Source: a virus (taxonomy: Duplodnaviria; Caudoviricetes). Taken from it: 64,000 nucleotides of DNA. A model generated the notes under the pieces. That model searched no databases. It was not told the DNA's origin and saw only the letters and a program-made list of their open reading frames with translations. The position numbers were made by a program, and so were the translations under genes. The stretch spans positions 1 through 64,000 of IMG/VR virus record IMGVR_UViG_2597490201_000002, one strand, 5' to 3'. This document shows positions 16,630 through 27,066 of this stretch, in pieces. Every line of letters starts with the position of its first letter. Within the stretch, counting starts at the first letter, position 1.

Positions 16630-17148
16630 ATGGCTGGAGATCTCAATCGCGGCACTCTTATTGGCCGCCTGGGCAAAGACCCAGAAATCCGCAACACCGG
16701 CGCCGGCAAACCCGTCGCCAGCTTCTCGATCGCAACGTCTGACAAATGGAAGGACCGCGACGGGAATGAGAAGGAGACCACCGAGTGGCACAACATCGTT
16801 GTGTTCCGAGAGTCGACGGCACGCTTCTGCGAGCACTACCTGAATAAGGGTGACCAGGTCTACGTCGAGGGCGCGATCAAGACGCGCTCGTGGGAAAAGG
16901 ACGGCGTAAAGCGCTACTCGACTGAGATCGTCGTCTCCGACTTCAATGGCGAGGTGCGCAAGCTCGGCAGTGCTGGCGAAGGCAAAGGCAGCCGCGACGA
17001 AAGCCAGTATGGCTCCACGCGTGACCGCGACCACGGCGGCAGCTTGACCGGAGGATACTCCGGTGGCGGACGGCCGTCCGGCAACCGCCCAGCGTTCGAC
17101 ACAGGTGGGCTGGACGATGACATTCCGTTCGCTCCGGAATGGCGGTGA
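16630..17148 (+). CDS. ssb: Single-stranded DNA-binding protein
   Basis: LNRGTLIGRLGKDPEIR, TEWHNIV, KGDQVYVEG and a DDDIPF tail. Confidence 0.95.
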   Translation: MAGDLNRGTLIGRLGKDPEIRNTGAGKPVASFSIATSDKWKDRDGNEKETTEWHNIVVFRESTARFCEHYLNKGDQVYVEGAIKTRSWEKDGVKRYSTEIVVSDFNGEVRKLGSAGEGKGSRDESQYGSTRDRDHGGSLTGGYSGGGRPSGNRPAFDTGGLDDDIPFAPEWR

Positions 17149-17338
17149 GGGCCGCCATGAACCTCTACAGCCTTGTGCTCCACTGCGAGATAGCCACGGT
17201 ACCTGTGAAGGTCTTGCCGAGGACGCTGCATGATCCGCAGATCCTAAAGTCGGATCCTGTCGCTTTCATTTTCGCCTCTCCGCCCTGCGTCGCATATGCT
17301 CGCCCCAAGGGCGGCGAAGCACCATCGGCAGGTGCAAA

Positions 17339-19612
17339 ATGAACGCCATCCTCCACAATTCCTTCCTGTCTTTCGCCGAGGCGCATGGCTTCGACGTCAA
17401 CCAAGAGCTGATCATCGACTGCTTCGCAGGTGGCGGCGGAGCGAGCGAGGGTATGGAGATGGCTATGCGCGACATGCGCGCGGCTGGGCTTCTTCCTGAC
17501 GACCACCGTTGCGCTGTCGACATAGCCATCAACCATGATCCCAAGGCCATTGCGATGCACGCCGCCAATCACCCGCGGACTATGCATCTCACGGCCGATA
17601 TCTGGACCGCTGATCCGCTGACTGTGACGGGCGGCATTGCCGTCGGCGCTCTCTGGGCTTCTCCCGACTGCCGCGGCTTCTCCAAGGCCAAGGGCGGCGC
17701 TCCTGTCAGCAAGTCGGTGCGTTCGCTCGCTTGGGTGGTGGCGCACTGGGCCGACCAAGTGCGGCCGCGCGAAATCTACATGGAGAACGTCGAGGAGTTC
17801 CAGGATTGGTGCGATCTCGACATGACGAGCCGGCCCGACAAGAACCTCAAGGGCAAAGAGTTCAAGCGCTGGGTGAAGCGCTTCAAGAAGATGGGCTACA
17901 CGGTCGAATGGCGAGTGCTGCGCGCGAACTTCTTCGGCGCCCCCACGATCCGGAAACGCCTCTACATCATGATGCGCTGCGACGGCGAGCAGATCATCTG
18001 GCCGGCCGAAACCCATGCGGACCGCAAGTCGGAACAGGTGGCCAGCGGTGAGATGCAGGCTTGGCCGGTGGCTGCCGATATTCTCGATTTCAATAGGCCT
18101 TGCCCGTCCATCCTGATGACGAAGGAAGAGGCCAAGGCCTACACCAAGGCGACGGGAACCCGCATCATCCGTCCCCTGGCGCGCAACAGTGAGGCGCGCA
18201 TCGCCATGGGCACTCTGCGCTATGTGCTGGAGCGGGAAGAGCCGTTCATCGTTACCCTCAATCATGGCGGAGACTGGTTCCGCGGGCAGGGCGGGCTAGA
18301 CCGGCCGTTCAATACCGTCGCCGCTGCGCGTGACGCCCACGGGCTCGTCGTTCCCCACCTCAGCGCCTACCACAGCCCCGGTGCTGGCGGCCTCGACCGC
18401 TCGTCGGATGTGAACGAGCCGATCCGCACGATCGATACGGCCCCGCGCCATGCTTTGATCGGTGCGACGGTCGCGCCGCATCTGATGACGATGCGGAACT
18501 CGGGCAAGCCGTTTGCTGGGGCCGACGAACCAACCCACACCGTGACCGCCGGCGGTGCGGGTCTGAGTGTTGTGGAAGCGGAACTCGCTCCATTCCTTTC
18601 TCATGGCCAGCACGGAGGTCGGAGCCGGTCGGCTGAGGATCCTGCGCACACAATCGAAGCGTCGACCAAGGACACCAACCAGGTTGTGGCCGTTTACCTG
18701 AACAAGCACACGTCAGGCGGTGTAGGGACTGCGGCCGACGAAGCGGTTCCAACAGTCACGGCCAATAGCTTCATCAAGCGCCCGGGCGGCGCGTCGCCGC
18801 TTGGCGCGACGGCCGTCTACCTGGCCCAGCATAACGGAGGCCCGAGGGCGCCTATCGGTCGTGAGGTTACCGATCCGCTGTCAACTGCAGCGACGACGGG
18901 ATCTCAACAGGCGGTAATCGCCGCGCACCTAGGTCGCCAGTTCGGAAACTCGGTCGGCAGCGACATGGAAGAGCCGGTCGGCGCGATCATGCCTGGTGGC
19001 GGGGGAAAGACGCAGGTTGTTTCCGCGCATATGATTTCGATGAAGGGCAGCGATCGTCGCGCCTCGTCTGTTGAAGAGCCGGCACCGGCTACCACTGCGC
19101 AAGGTCAGCATACCGGCGTCGTTATGCCTTTCATGACGGCGTATTTCGGTTCCGACGAGGTTGGTGGTGCCCCAGACGCGCCTGTTCGAACCGTCACCGT
19201 CAAGCCGCGCTTCGGTCATGTCGAAGCCGAGGTGGAGGTCGCGCCGCTTACTGACGCTCATCTCGATAGTGCGCGCAAGGTCGCGGCTTTCCTGCGCAAA
19301 TACGGCTGCTGGGATGATCGCGAGTTCGTAACCGTCGGCCCGTGGATCGTAATCGACATCGGCATGCGCATGCTGACGCCCCGCGAACTCGCTCGGGCGC
19401 AGGGTTTCCGTGAAAGCTACATCCTGGCCGCCCCCTTCAATGGCGGCTTCCTCACCGAAACCGACCAGCGGCACAAGATCGGCAACTCGGTCTGCCCCGA
19501 CATGGCCTATGTGCTCTTCCGGAACAATTACCGCCCAAGGCCCCGCCTTGTCGTCAACAACGATCAAGGGTGGCTGTTCTCGGCGCCCTCGACCCAGAGG
19601 GCCGCAGCATGA
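17339..19612 (+). CDS. C5 cytosine DNA methyltransferase (large, repetitive central region)
   Basis: DCFAGGGG, SPDC, MENV, RKRL, RMLTPRELARAQGF and IGNSVCP. Confidence 0.9.
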   Translation: MNAILHNSFLSFAEAHGFDVNQELIIDCFAGGGGASEGMEMAMRDMRAAGLLPDDHRCAVDIAINHDPKAIAMHAANHPRTMHLTADIWTADPLTVTGGIAVGALWASPDCRGFSKAKGGAPVSKSVRSLAWVVAHWADQVRPREIYMENVEEFQDWCDLDMTSRPDKNLKGKEFKRWVKRFKKMGYTVEWRVLRANFFGAPTIRKRLYIMMRCDGEQIIWPAETHADRKSEQVASGEMQAWPVAADILDFNRPCPSILMTKEEAKAYTKATGTRIIRPLARNSEARIAMGTLRYVLEREEPFIVTLNHGGDWFRGQGGLDRPFNTVAAARDAHGLVVPHLSAYHSPGAGGLDRSSDVNEPIRTIDTAPRHALIGATVAPHLMTMRNSGKPFAGADEPTHTVTAGGAGLSVVEAELAPFLSHGQHGGRSRSAEDPAHTIEASTKDTNQVVAVYLNKHTSGGVGTAADEAVPTVTANSFIKRPGGASPLGATAVYLAQHNGGPRAPIGREVTDPLSTAATTGSQQAVIAAHLGRQFGNSVGSDMEEPVGAIMPGGGGKTQVVSAHMISMKGSDRRASSVEEPAPATTAQGQHTGVVMPFMTAYFGSDEVGGAPDAPVRTVTVKPRFGHVEAEVEVAPLTDAHLDSARKVAAFLRKYGCWDDREFVTVGPWIVIDIGMRMLTPRELARAQGFRESYILAAPFNGGFLTETDQRHKIGNSVCPDMAYVLFRNNYRPRPRLVVNNDQGWLFSAPSTQRAAA

Positions 19613-20703
19613 CCCTGTTCCCCCAGCATACGCAGCGTGACATCCGCAACCTGGCGACGGCCTCCTTGTCGATGATCGCCTATTTTTACCAGTGCGAGGT
19701 CTCTGACGTCCTCGGCACCTTGATTACGCAGCCGACCTCCCATGCACCGGCTGCGGCGGCGCCCGTTCCTCCAGCGGACGCCACGGCGGAGGACGACGCC
19801 CTCTCGTCCTCCGCCGATCAATCCCAAGCGAAAGCTGCTGATGACGCAACCTCAGGGTCTGCGATGTCCGAACCGTCGGCACCGGCCGGCGGACCTCAGG
19901 AAGCCGAGGCAGTGAGTAGGGTTGGCGGTGACCGGGCACCGTCTGCAACGTCTGAGGGTATGGACGTGACGGCGGGAGAGACCGCACCCAATTCGCCAGA
20001 AACGGCACCGAGTGGCGAGGAACGGGAAACCGGCTCCGCGGCGGGTGAAAGCCCCGTCATCCGAGCTGCCGGGGATACCGGAGCGCAACCCGCGGGAGGA
20101 GAAAATGTAGCCCCGAAGAAAAGTAGGCGTACGAAAAACTTGGACGCCGCCTTGGCCGGCGGCACCCGAACTGGCGGGACGACCAGTAGCGCCGTGGGAT
20201 CCGGCGCGCTCACCGACTTCGACAAGGCCGTGCTGGCGCTGCACACGGCCGATCCGCAGCTTACACGACGGGAGATTGCCGCTCGGCTTGGAAAGTCTGT
20301 CCACTACACCTCGGCTTCCGTGCGCAAGCAGAAGCTGCCCGTTATGACGGGTCGAGCGGGCGACGTCGTCCCAGAGCCACCGATCGATATATCGAAACTG
20401 CAGCGGGCCCAGCCCAAGAAGCCAGGGCCGATCGATGGCTTCACGCTGAAATACCGCGTCCAGAAGATCCACGAGCAGCACCCGAACCTTACTGCGTCGC
20501 TCATCGCGAAGCAGCTCGGGGCGAAGGTCTCTAGCGTGTCGACCTACCTGGTGCAGTTTCGCACCGCGCCCGGCGTTGAGGTGACAGACGAGAGCATGGC
20601 GCAGGCGGCCCGGGTGCTGCCGAATGGAGTGGCAGGCGAGGTCGAAGCCCGCATGAGGTCCGACGCGCAAGCCCGCAAAGCTCGGCTCGGGAAGACCTCT
20701 TAA
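19609..20703 (+). CDS. Hypothetical protein, disordered N-terminus and two HTH-like segments
   Basis: PQLTRREIAARLGKS and PNLTASLIAKQLGAKVSSVSTY. Confidence 0.55.
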   Translation: MTLFPQHTQRDIRNLATASLSMIAYFYQCEVSDVLGTLITQPTSHAPAAAAPVPPADATAEDDALSSSADQSQAKAADDATSGSAMSEPSAPAGGPQEAEAVSRVGGDRAPSATSEGMDVTAGETAPNSPETAPSGEERETGSAAGESPVIRAAGDTGAQPAGGENVAPKKSRRTKNLDAALAGGTRTGGTTSSAVGSGALTDFDKAVLALHTADPQLTRREIAARLGKSVHYTSASVRKQKLPVMTGRAGDVVPEPPIDISKLQRAQPKKPGPIDGFTLKYRVQKIHEQHPNLTASLIAKQLGAKVSSVSTYLVQFRTAPGVEVTDESMAQAARVLPNGVAGEVEARMRSDAQARKARLGKTS

Positions 20704-21371
20704 TGGCCCAGAATACCTCTTCCGCCGTGATGCAGCAGCGTCTGGATCACGGCGACAAGCTCAACTACTTCCCAACGCCGCTTTGGGCCACGCGCGCTCT
20801 TATCCGCTGGATCATTGAGAATATCGGCCCGGTCGAGGGCTTGACGTGTCTGGAGCCCGCGTGCGGTCAAGGGCATATGGCGCGGGCACTGGCGGAGTTC
20901 TTTCAGTCGGTGTCGGCGTCGGATTTGGTCGATCGCGGATACGGCACCCAAGCAGACTTCCTCTTCCCAGACGACACTAGCGAGTTCGACTGGATCATCA
21001 CCAACCCGCCGTTCTCGCTCGCCGAGGAATTCATCTTGCGCGCGCTGCTGCGCGCCAGAGTGGGCGTGGCGATGCTCGTCCGCACGGCGTTCATCGAAGG
21101 GGAAGGGCGCTACCTGAAGCTCTTCCGTCCGGCACCGCCTCGAGCATTTCTACAGTTCGTAGAACGCGTTCCGATGTTCAAAGGGGTGGTCCGCAACCCT
21201 GCAGAACTCTACTGGGACGAAGAAGCACAGAAGTGGCGGCGTCCGTCGTCTGCGACGGCCTATTCGTGGGTGGTCTGGGTCAAAGACCATGACGGACGGC
21301 CCGAACTGGCCTGGATCCCGCCCAGCCGGCGCAAGCTTGAGCGGCCCGGCGACTATGAGGTGACGCCATGA
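20703..21371 (+). CDS. Amino (N6A/N4C) DNA methyltransferase
   Basis: YFPTP.WAT, LEPACGQGHM and IITNPPF. Confidence 0.85.
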   Translation: MAQNTSSAVMQQRLDHGDKLNYFPTPLWATRALIRWIIENIGPVEGLTCLEPACGQGHMARALAEFFQSVSASDLVDRGYGTQADFLFPDDTSEFDWIITNPPFSLAEEFILRALLRARVGVAMLVRTAFIEGEGRYLKLFRPAPPRAFLQFVERVPMFKGVVRNPAELYWDEEAQKWRRPSSATAYSWVVWVKDHDGRPELAWIPPSRRKLERPGDYEVTP

Positions 21372-21667
21372 GCCTCGGCGTGTCCCAACTCTTCGACCTC
21401 GAGCACAAGATCCGTGCCGAGGCCGAGCGCATCCGCTTCCGCTGGCCCGCCGAGATGCTTGCAGACCCAAAGGTAGCGGGCGAAGTCAAAGTCCACGTCC
21501 GGAACAAGCGGGCCTTCGCCGACGACCTCGATCAGGTCGGCAACCTGCTGTGCGGCATGCAGGCAGATTGGCCGCTGGTTGGGCCGCTGCTGCGCAAGGG
21601 CTACCTGGCTATGCAGCCGCCCGCACCCATGGACGACAGCCCCACCGAAGAGGATAGCGCGGCATGA
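21368..21667 (+). CDS. Hypothetical protein
   Basis: ATGA coupling at both ends. Confidence 0.55.
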   Translation: MSLGVSQLFDLEHKIRAEAERIRFRWPAEMLADPKVAGEVKVHVRNKRAFADDLDQVGNLLCGMQADWPLVGPLLRKGYLAMQPPAPMDDSPTEEDSAA

Positions 21668-22542
21668 CCGTTCCTCGTCCTACGCTTCGTTGGCACGGGG
21701 GGAAATGGCTGCTCGCGCCCTGGATCATCGGTCATTTCCCTGCGCACAGGGTATATGTCGAGCCCTATGGTGGGGCCGCGTCAGTCCTCATGCGCAAGCA
21801 GCGCTCATATGCCGAGATCTACAATGACCTCGACGATGACGCCGTGAACCTATTTCGCGTGCTGCAGGACGACACCCTTGCCGGCGCGCTCAAGCGTAAG
21901 CTCGAGCTCACTCCTTTTGCGCGAGCGGAATTTGAGATTGGCTGGGACGAGACGACCGATCCCGTCGAGCAGGCTCGGCGCCTGATCATCAGAAGCTTCA
22001 TGGGTTTCGGCTCTAACGCTCACTCCGACAAAGGGCGCGGGCACAAAACCACGGGCTTTAGGTCGAGTTCCAACCGATCGGGAACGACACCAGCGCACGA
22101 TTGGCGCAACTATCCCGAAGCCCTTGCTGCCATGACCGACCGTTTGCGCGGGGTTATCGTGGAACGGCGCCCGGCACTACAGGTGATGGAGACGCATGAT
22201 GGGCTCGATGCGCTGCATTACGTGGACCCACCATATCTGCCCGAGACGCGGAACAGAGCTAACCCTTACGACCCAAAGCGCCAGTATCGGCACGAGCTAT
22301 CGGTCACCGATCACGAAGACCTGCTGAGCTTTCTTGCCACGTTGAAGGGCATGGTCGTGCTGTCGGGGTACCCTTCGCCTCTCTACGACGATGCGCTGCA
22401 GGACTGGCGCCGGGTTGAGCGCGAAGCTCTGGCCGACGGCGCCCGCCCACGGACTGAAGTTCTCTGGATCAATCCAAGATGCGCTGCCGAACTGGACCGC
22501 CAGTCCGCGCAACTGTCGCTGCTGGAAGACGCCTATGACTGA
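21664..22542 (+). CDS. Dam-family (D12) adenine methyltransferase
   Basis: LRWHGGKW, YVEPYGGAASV, YNDLD and YVDPPY. Confidence 0.9.
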   Translation: MTVPRPTLRWHGGKWLLAPWIIGHFPAHRVYVEPYGGAASVLMRKQRSYAEIYNDLDDDAVNLFRVLQDDTLAGALKRKLELTPFARAEFEIGWDETTDPVEQARRLIIRSFMGFGSNAHSDKGRGHKTTGFRSSSNRSGTTPAHDWRNYPEALAAMTDRLRGVIVERRPALQVMETHDGLDALHYVDPPYLPETRNRANPYDPKRQYRHELSVTDHEDLLSFLATLKGMVVLSGYPSPLYDDALQDWRRVEREALADGARPRTEVLWINPRCAAELDRQSAQLSLLEDAYD

Positions 22543-24928
22543 CCGCTTCTCCGACGCATTCCTGCAGCGCATTAAGGACAAGGTGCCGATCACCGAACTG
22601 ATCGGTCAGTACGTAGCCTGGGATCCGACCAAGTCGATGCCGGGCAGGGGCGATATGTGGGCTTGCTGCCCGTTCCACAGTGAGGCCGATCCGTCCTTCC
22701 ACGCCCTTGAAAAGGAGGGGTTCTTCAAGTGCTTCGTCTGCGGCGACGGGTATAGCGGCGACCACTTCCAATTCCTCCGGCTTCACATGGGCATGGAGTT
22801 TGTCGACGCCGTGAAGCTCGTGGCAGAGATGGCCGGCGAAAGCCTGCCAGACGATCCGGGGTCGCCTTCGTCGCGGCCTGCGCGCGCCCCTGCGCCACGA
22901 CCGGAACCACGGCAAGAGCAGCAACCCGAGGCGCCACAGCCAAAACGCGAGCGCCAGGGCAAGTGGACGCTGTTCAAGACCTACGACTATGAGGATGGCG
23001 ACGGCACGCTGATTTACCAAAACTGCCGCATCCAGTTCAAAATGCCGGACGGCTCGTGGGAGCTAGATCCGAAGACCGGCAAGCCAGACAAGGATTTCCG
23101 CCAGCGCCGACCATCAGGTCTGCCTGATGGCTCGTGGGTTTGGGGCCTGAAGGCCGGCAAGTTCATGCGCATTCGCAAGGGCGATGATTTCCTTAAATAC
23201 GACACGGATCTCCACGCCCGATACCCTCAGGCAGAGCTGCTGACGCTCGACGAGGATGTGCCTCACGGGCTCTACCGGCGGCGCCAGGTCGAACTGGCGA
23301 TTGAGGCTGGCAAGACGATCTTCATCCTCGAAGGCGAGAAAGCGGTCGATTGCGGCGTAGAGCTTGGTATCGACCCGACCAGCAACAGCGGCGGCGGCGA
23401 GAACTTCGATCAGTCGCTGGTCGCGGTTTTCCGCGGCGCTGACGTCGTCATCATCCCCGACAACGACGCACAGATGACCGACAAGAAGACTGGGGAACCG
23501 CTGTTCCATTCCGACGGTCGACCGCGCATCAAGGGCAAGGACCATGCCGAGAAGGTTGCCGCGATGCTCCGCCGTGTGGCGCGCTCGGTGAAGGTCTTGG
23601 AGCTGCCGAATATCCCGCTCAAGGGCGACCTGGTGGAATGGGTGCAGCAGGGCGGGACATTGGTCAAGCTGTTGGAGCTGGCTGCCGCATTGCCGGTCTG
23701 GCGGCCGCGCCGGCCGGTCTCACAGTTCGGGGCCGTTGGCGTCCATGACCTGCACCGCAAAGATCTGCAGCACGAGTTCCTTATCGATGATTTCCTCGAC
23801 CGTCAGGGCGTTGTTATGGTTCCCGGCTCGTCAGGATCCGGCAAGACGTTTCTCATTCTGGAGATGTGCGGCAACATCGCAATGGGCTGGGATTTCTGGG
23901 GCATGAAGACGCTTCCGGGTCTCGTGCTGTACCAAGCTGGCGAGGGCAAGCAGGGCGTTGCTAAGCGCATCGATGGCTGGTTGCTGGACCGCGGAATTGA
24001 GGACCGCAGCAATATCCCATTCGAGGTTCTGACGCGACGCATCAACCTCTTCGTCGACGACAAGGATACCGACGAGCTCATAGCGGAGGGCCGCCGCTGG
24101 GCCGAATACTACGACTTGCCCATCCGGATGGTCGTCATCGACACCTTCAACAAGGCAATCACTGGCGCCAATGAAAATGCGGGGCAGGACATGACGAAGG
24201 TGCTGGCCCGACTTGAGAGGATTTCGGTTGAGCTGGACTGCGCGGTTGTGGTGCCAATTCACAAGAGCGCCGAAGGCAAGATGCGCGGCCACACCTCCTT
24301 AACGGGAGACGTGGCGAACGTCCTCAACGTCACCGAGCTCGAAATCCGGGACCAGAACCAGCGCATTATCCGAACAGCCCAGCTCGACAAGAACAAGGAT
24401 GGCGAGAAGGGGCCTCCACACCGGTTCGTCCTTCGCCAGGTCCCGGTTGGCGAAAAGCCTGATGGCAAGCCGATCACTACATGCGTCGTCGATCGCCCGA
24501 ATGGTGACGAAAACGGACTCGTCGCCGAGGGCAAGCTGTCCGCAAACCAGACGATTTTCTTGCGGGTCTTGCGCGACGCGATCGACATTGAGGGCATAGA
24601 TGCCCCCATGAGCGTGGTGGGCGTGCCGCGCGGTAAGCGCGTAATAGGCGCGAAGGCCTTCTTCGACAGGCTCTGGCGTAAGTGGCCATTCACAACACCG
24701 GATAACGAGCCCGAGAACCGGAAGAAAGAGTTCGACCGTGCGGTCGGCGTAGCCGGTAAGGCCCTCGTGCTGCACGGCTACGTCGAGCGCGATAACGACG
24801 CAAAGCTCATTTGGTGGACCGGTAAGTCCGACCGCACCGAGCGAAAGGCAAAGGCCGTCCCCGCTCCGGGGGCCGGCATCGATCCCGCGGTTAAGCGCGA
24901 GATCTCTCAGATGGATGCCCCATTTTGA
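22535..24928 (+). CDS. Primase-helicase (CHC2 Zn finger + Toprim + RepA/AAA_25 helicase)
   Basis: CCPFHSE..PSF...FKCFVC, ILEGEKAVD, IIPDND, Walker A GSSGSGKT and VVIDT. Confidence 0.88.
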   Translation: MTDRFSDAFLQRIKDKVPITELIGQYVAWDPTKSMPGRGDMWACCPFHSEADPSFHALEKEGFFKCFVCGDGYSGDHFQFLRLHMGMEFVDAVKLVAEMAGESLPDDPGSPSSRPARAPAPRPEPRQEQQPEAPQPKRERQGKWTLFKTYDYEDGDGTLIYQNCRIQFKMPDGSWELDPKTGKPDKDFRQRRPSGLPDGSWVWGLKAGKFMRIRKGDDFLKYDTDLHARYPQAELLTLDEDVPHGLYRRRQVELAIEAGKTIFILEGEKAVDCGVELGIDPTSNSGGGENFDQSLVAVFRGADVVIIPDNDAQMTDKKTGEPLFHSDGRPRIKGKDHAEKVAAMLRRVARSVKVLELPNIPLKGDLVEWVQQGGTLVKLLELAAALPVWRPRRPVSQFGAVGVHDLHRKDLQHEFLIDDFLDRQGVVMVPGSSGSGKTFLILEMCGNIAMGWDFWGMKTLPGLVLYQAGEGKQGVAKRIDGWLLDRGIEDRSNIPFEVLTRRINLFVDDKDTDELIAEGRRWAEYYDLPIRMVVIDTFNKAITGANENAGQDMTKVLARLERISVELDCAVVVPIHKSAEGKMRGHTSLTGDVANVLNVTELEIRDQNQRIIRTAQLDKNKDGEKGPPHRFVLRQVPVGEKPDGKPITTCVVDRPNGDENGLVAEGKLSANQTIFLRVLRDAIDIEGIDAPMSVVGVPRGKRVIGAKAFFDRLWRKWPFTTPDNEPENRKKEFDRAVGVAGKALVLHGYVERDNDAKLIWWTGKSDRTERKAKAVPAPGAGIDPAVKREISQMDAPF

Positions 24929-25332
24929 AGAACCGAGGAGATAAGCGGCCGATGCTGAGCATTCGTCGTACCAGCCGCAATCGTGGCGGCAATGCCTACA
25001 CTGAGACCCGGACGAACGCCTGGGCGGGGATGCTCGGCTTTCTCACCGGCCGAGGGTACTCGTCGGTGGCCATAGCCGAAGTGCTGGGCGAGGGGACCAC
25101 TTCGGAGACCGTGCGCAGCATGTGGACGAAGTGGGGCTTCCGCGGCCGTGGTTTGAAGAGCAGGGAAGTCAGCCTTCAGGTGCCGTTTAGGGAACGGGAA
25201 AGGGCCCATATCGCGGCCCGCGCCGCGCAGCACGACTTGTCCCCCGAAGAATACTGCAGGCGCATCATGTTGTGCGCGTCGATGCCCCGGGATCGGTATG
25301 ACGAAATTGTGCCGGCCGACCAATTCGAATAA
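24925..25332 (+). CDS. Hypothetical DNA-binding protein
   Basis: GYSSVAIAEVLG is HTH-like and the C-terminus is ribbon-helix-helix-like. Start uncertain. Confidence 0.5.
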   Translation: MKNRGDKRPMLSIRRTSRNRGGNAYTETRTNAWAGMLGFLTGRGYSSVAIAEVLGEGTTSETVRSMWTKWGFRGRGLKSREVSLQVPFRERERAHIAARAAQHDLSPEEYCRRIMLCASMPRDRYDEIVPADQFE

Positions 25333-25388
25333 TTCATCCTTCGCGCTAAATATGTTCTCCAAGGTCCTTTGAGGAAATACGAATCGCC

Positions 25389-25925
25389 ATGAAATCTGCG
25401 GCTCTGCTGATCCGACGAGAGGACGTGACTGACCTTCCTGACCGTGCCGGCGGGAAAGAGCCTCTTTGGACACCTAAGCTCGTCAAGGCTGCGCTGGTCG
25501 AAGCCTATGAGGTCTATCGCTACAGCATGGGCCGCGTTGGCCATAAGGCCAGCAAGGCGGCCTGGCCAAGCTATTATCGGGAATGGGGCGACTGGATCGA
25601 GCAGGCGGAGACCAGCGGCAGCGATGCCGTACGCCGCCGGCGGCGCCCCAGCGGTATCGACATCCAGCGTGCGGACACGGTTCTGCTTGGCTGGACGGAT
25701 CATGCGGGCGTCCAGCATCCGGCCTGGTTGAATGGAGATGTCACCGAATACGAGCGAGCCCGCAAAAGCCTGGTGGCGTGGGTGATGGCCAAGCATCATG
25801 GTGTGCCGGAAGTGGCGCTCTGCCAGCGGTGCAACTGGCCGCTCGCCACATTCAAGCGTCACAAAGACTTTGCGGCTGGTCGCATTGCGACTACCCTAAA
25901 TCAGGCCGGGTTGGCGGTTTGGTAG
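25389..25925 (+). CDS. Putative late transcription regulator (Q position)
   Basis: WTPKLVKAALVEA...C-terminal HTH-like region; located after the replication genes. Confidence 0.5.
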   Translation: MKSAALLIRREDVTDLPDRAGGKEPLWTPKLVKAALVEAYEVYRYSMGRVGHKASKAAWPSYYREWGDWIEQAETSGSDAVRRRRRPSGIDIQRADTVLLGWTDHAGVQHPAWLNGDVTEYERARKSLVAWVMAKHHGVPEVALCQRCNWPLATFKRHKDFAAGRIATTLNQAGLAVW

Positions 25926-25930
25926 GGGCA

Positions 25931-26299
25931 ATGGCGGGTTTGACGAGGGGCCAGCAGCGCGTGCTGGCATTCATCCAAGAGACTATCTTCGAGACGGGTG
26001 TCGCGCCGAGCTACGAAGAGATCGGTGCTGGTCTAGGTTATGCGAGCAAGAGCGTTGTTCATCGCATAGTCCAGCAGCTCGTCGAGCGCGGAGCGATTTC
26101 CATTCTTCCCAATCGAACGCGCTCCATTCAACTCCTGGGCCACCATCGTCATAAACGCTGGGTGGAGGTGCCTGCTGAGCCTCCAGCCGGCGAGCTTGAC
26201 GAGGCACGTGCGGCGGCAGAAACCGCTCGTGCTCAAGGTGAAGACCCGTACTGGGTGTTCTGGCAGGCTATGCTTGATCGATACCAGCGGGAGTCTTAG
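25931..26299 (+). CDS. LexA-type DNA-binding domain protein (no peptidase)
   Basis: LTRGQQRVLAFIQ...GVAPSYEEIGAGLGYASKSVVHRIVQQLVERGAI...RSIQL. Confidence 0.8.
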   Translation: MAGLTRGQQRVLAFIQETIFETGVAPSYEEIGAGLGYASKSVVHRIVQQLVERGAISILPNRTRSIQLLGHHRHKRWVEVPAEPPAGELDEARAAAETARAQGEDPYWVFWQAMLDRYQRES

Positions 26300-27066
26300 T
26301 GGGCCGCAACGTCGCTGACGTCGACCCCAGGGAAGCTTGGACCGAACATCTCCCGGCCTGCGGGCCCAATCTGGGAATTTAGGTCGATTGCCGCCTTCAG
26401 CATTGCCTCAGCGCGAGGCTTAATCTGCTGGATAAGGCTTTCCATCTCCACAGTATGCGGCCGAATTTTAGCCTCTGTTTCGGGAGTGGCCGGCGTGTAG
26501 AGCAAGGTGCCGTCGGCCGATGTCGCTGAAAGCATGTCTTTCAGGTTGGCCCGCAACTTGTTGTATAGGTCAACGCTGTCGTTGAGCACTTCGTGTTGCA
26601 TTGTCAGTTCGACATACTTCGACACCAGGTCATATTTCCTGGCATCGATGAATGGGAGTAGCTCGTCAATCTCTAACGGCTGCAACCGGGACCCGCCAAC
26701 GACGCCAGCAATTCTTGCCCAAAGTGGCGCGCCCGTAAGCCGGTGCTGATTGGCCTTATCGAGCTGATTGTGGATCGCATCGACTGTCGACTTCACGTCA
26801 TTGAGCATAATTGAAGCACGCATCATCAGTTTGATCGCATTTGCCCGAGCGATAGCGGTTCGATCCGCCTCCGCTTGCTTTGCGGCGTCCTTAGCGGCAT
26901 TGTTTTGCAGCTTGGCCGAGATCGCGCCGCCGACTACCGCGCCGATAACTGCACCGGCCAGACCAGAGCCGATCGCTACCCAGTCCGATATTGCAAAGCC
27001 CAGCCACAGTTCAGGCGACGAACTCTCGTAGAAGATGGGCAGCCAGGGGCCAAGCTCAGTCGTCAT
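26296..27066 (-). CDS. Membrane-anchored hypothetical protein (moron-like)
   Basis: N-terminal TM segment AIGSGLAGAVIGAVVGGAIS; sequence looks lower in GC. Confidence 0.65.
   Translation of the reverse strand: MTTELGPWLPIFYESSSPELWLGFAISDWVAIGSGLAGAVIGAVVGGAISAKLQNNAAKDAAKQAEADRTAIARANAIKLMMRASIMLNDVKSTVDAIHNQLDKANQHRLTGAPLWARIAGVVGGSRLQPLEIDELLPFIDARKYDLVSKYVELTMQHEVLNDSVDLYNKLRANLKDMLSATSADGTLLYTPATPETEAKIRPHTVEMESLIQQIKPRAEAMLKAAIDLNSQIGPAGREMFGPSFPGVDVSDVAAH

Larger units (their letters stand above)
1..26299. mobile_element. Prophage element 1 (int/xis, early-left, immunity, early-right/replication; no structural genes)
   Basis: Lambdoid gene order int-xis-recombination-CI-Cro-replication-late regulator. 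The right boundary is set where transcription converges at 26296-26299. No att site is visible. Confidence 0.75.
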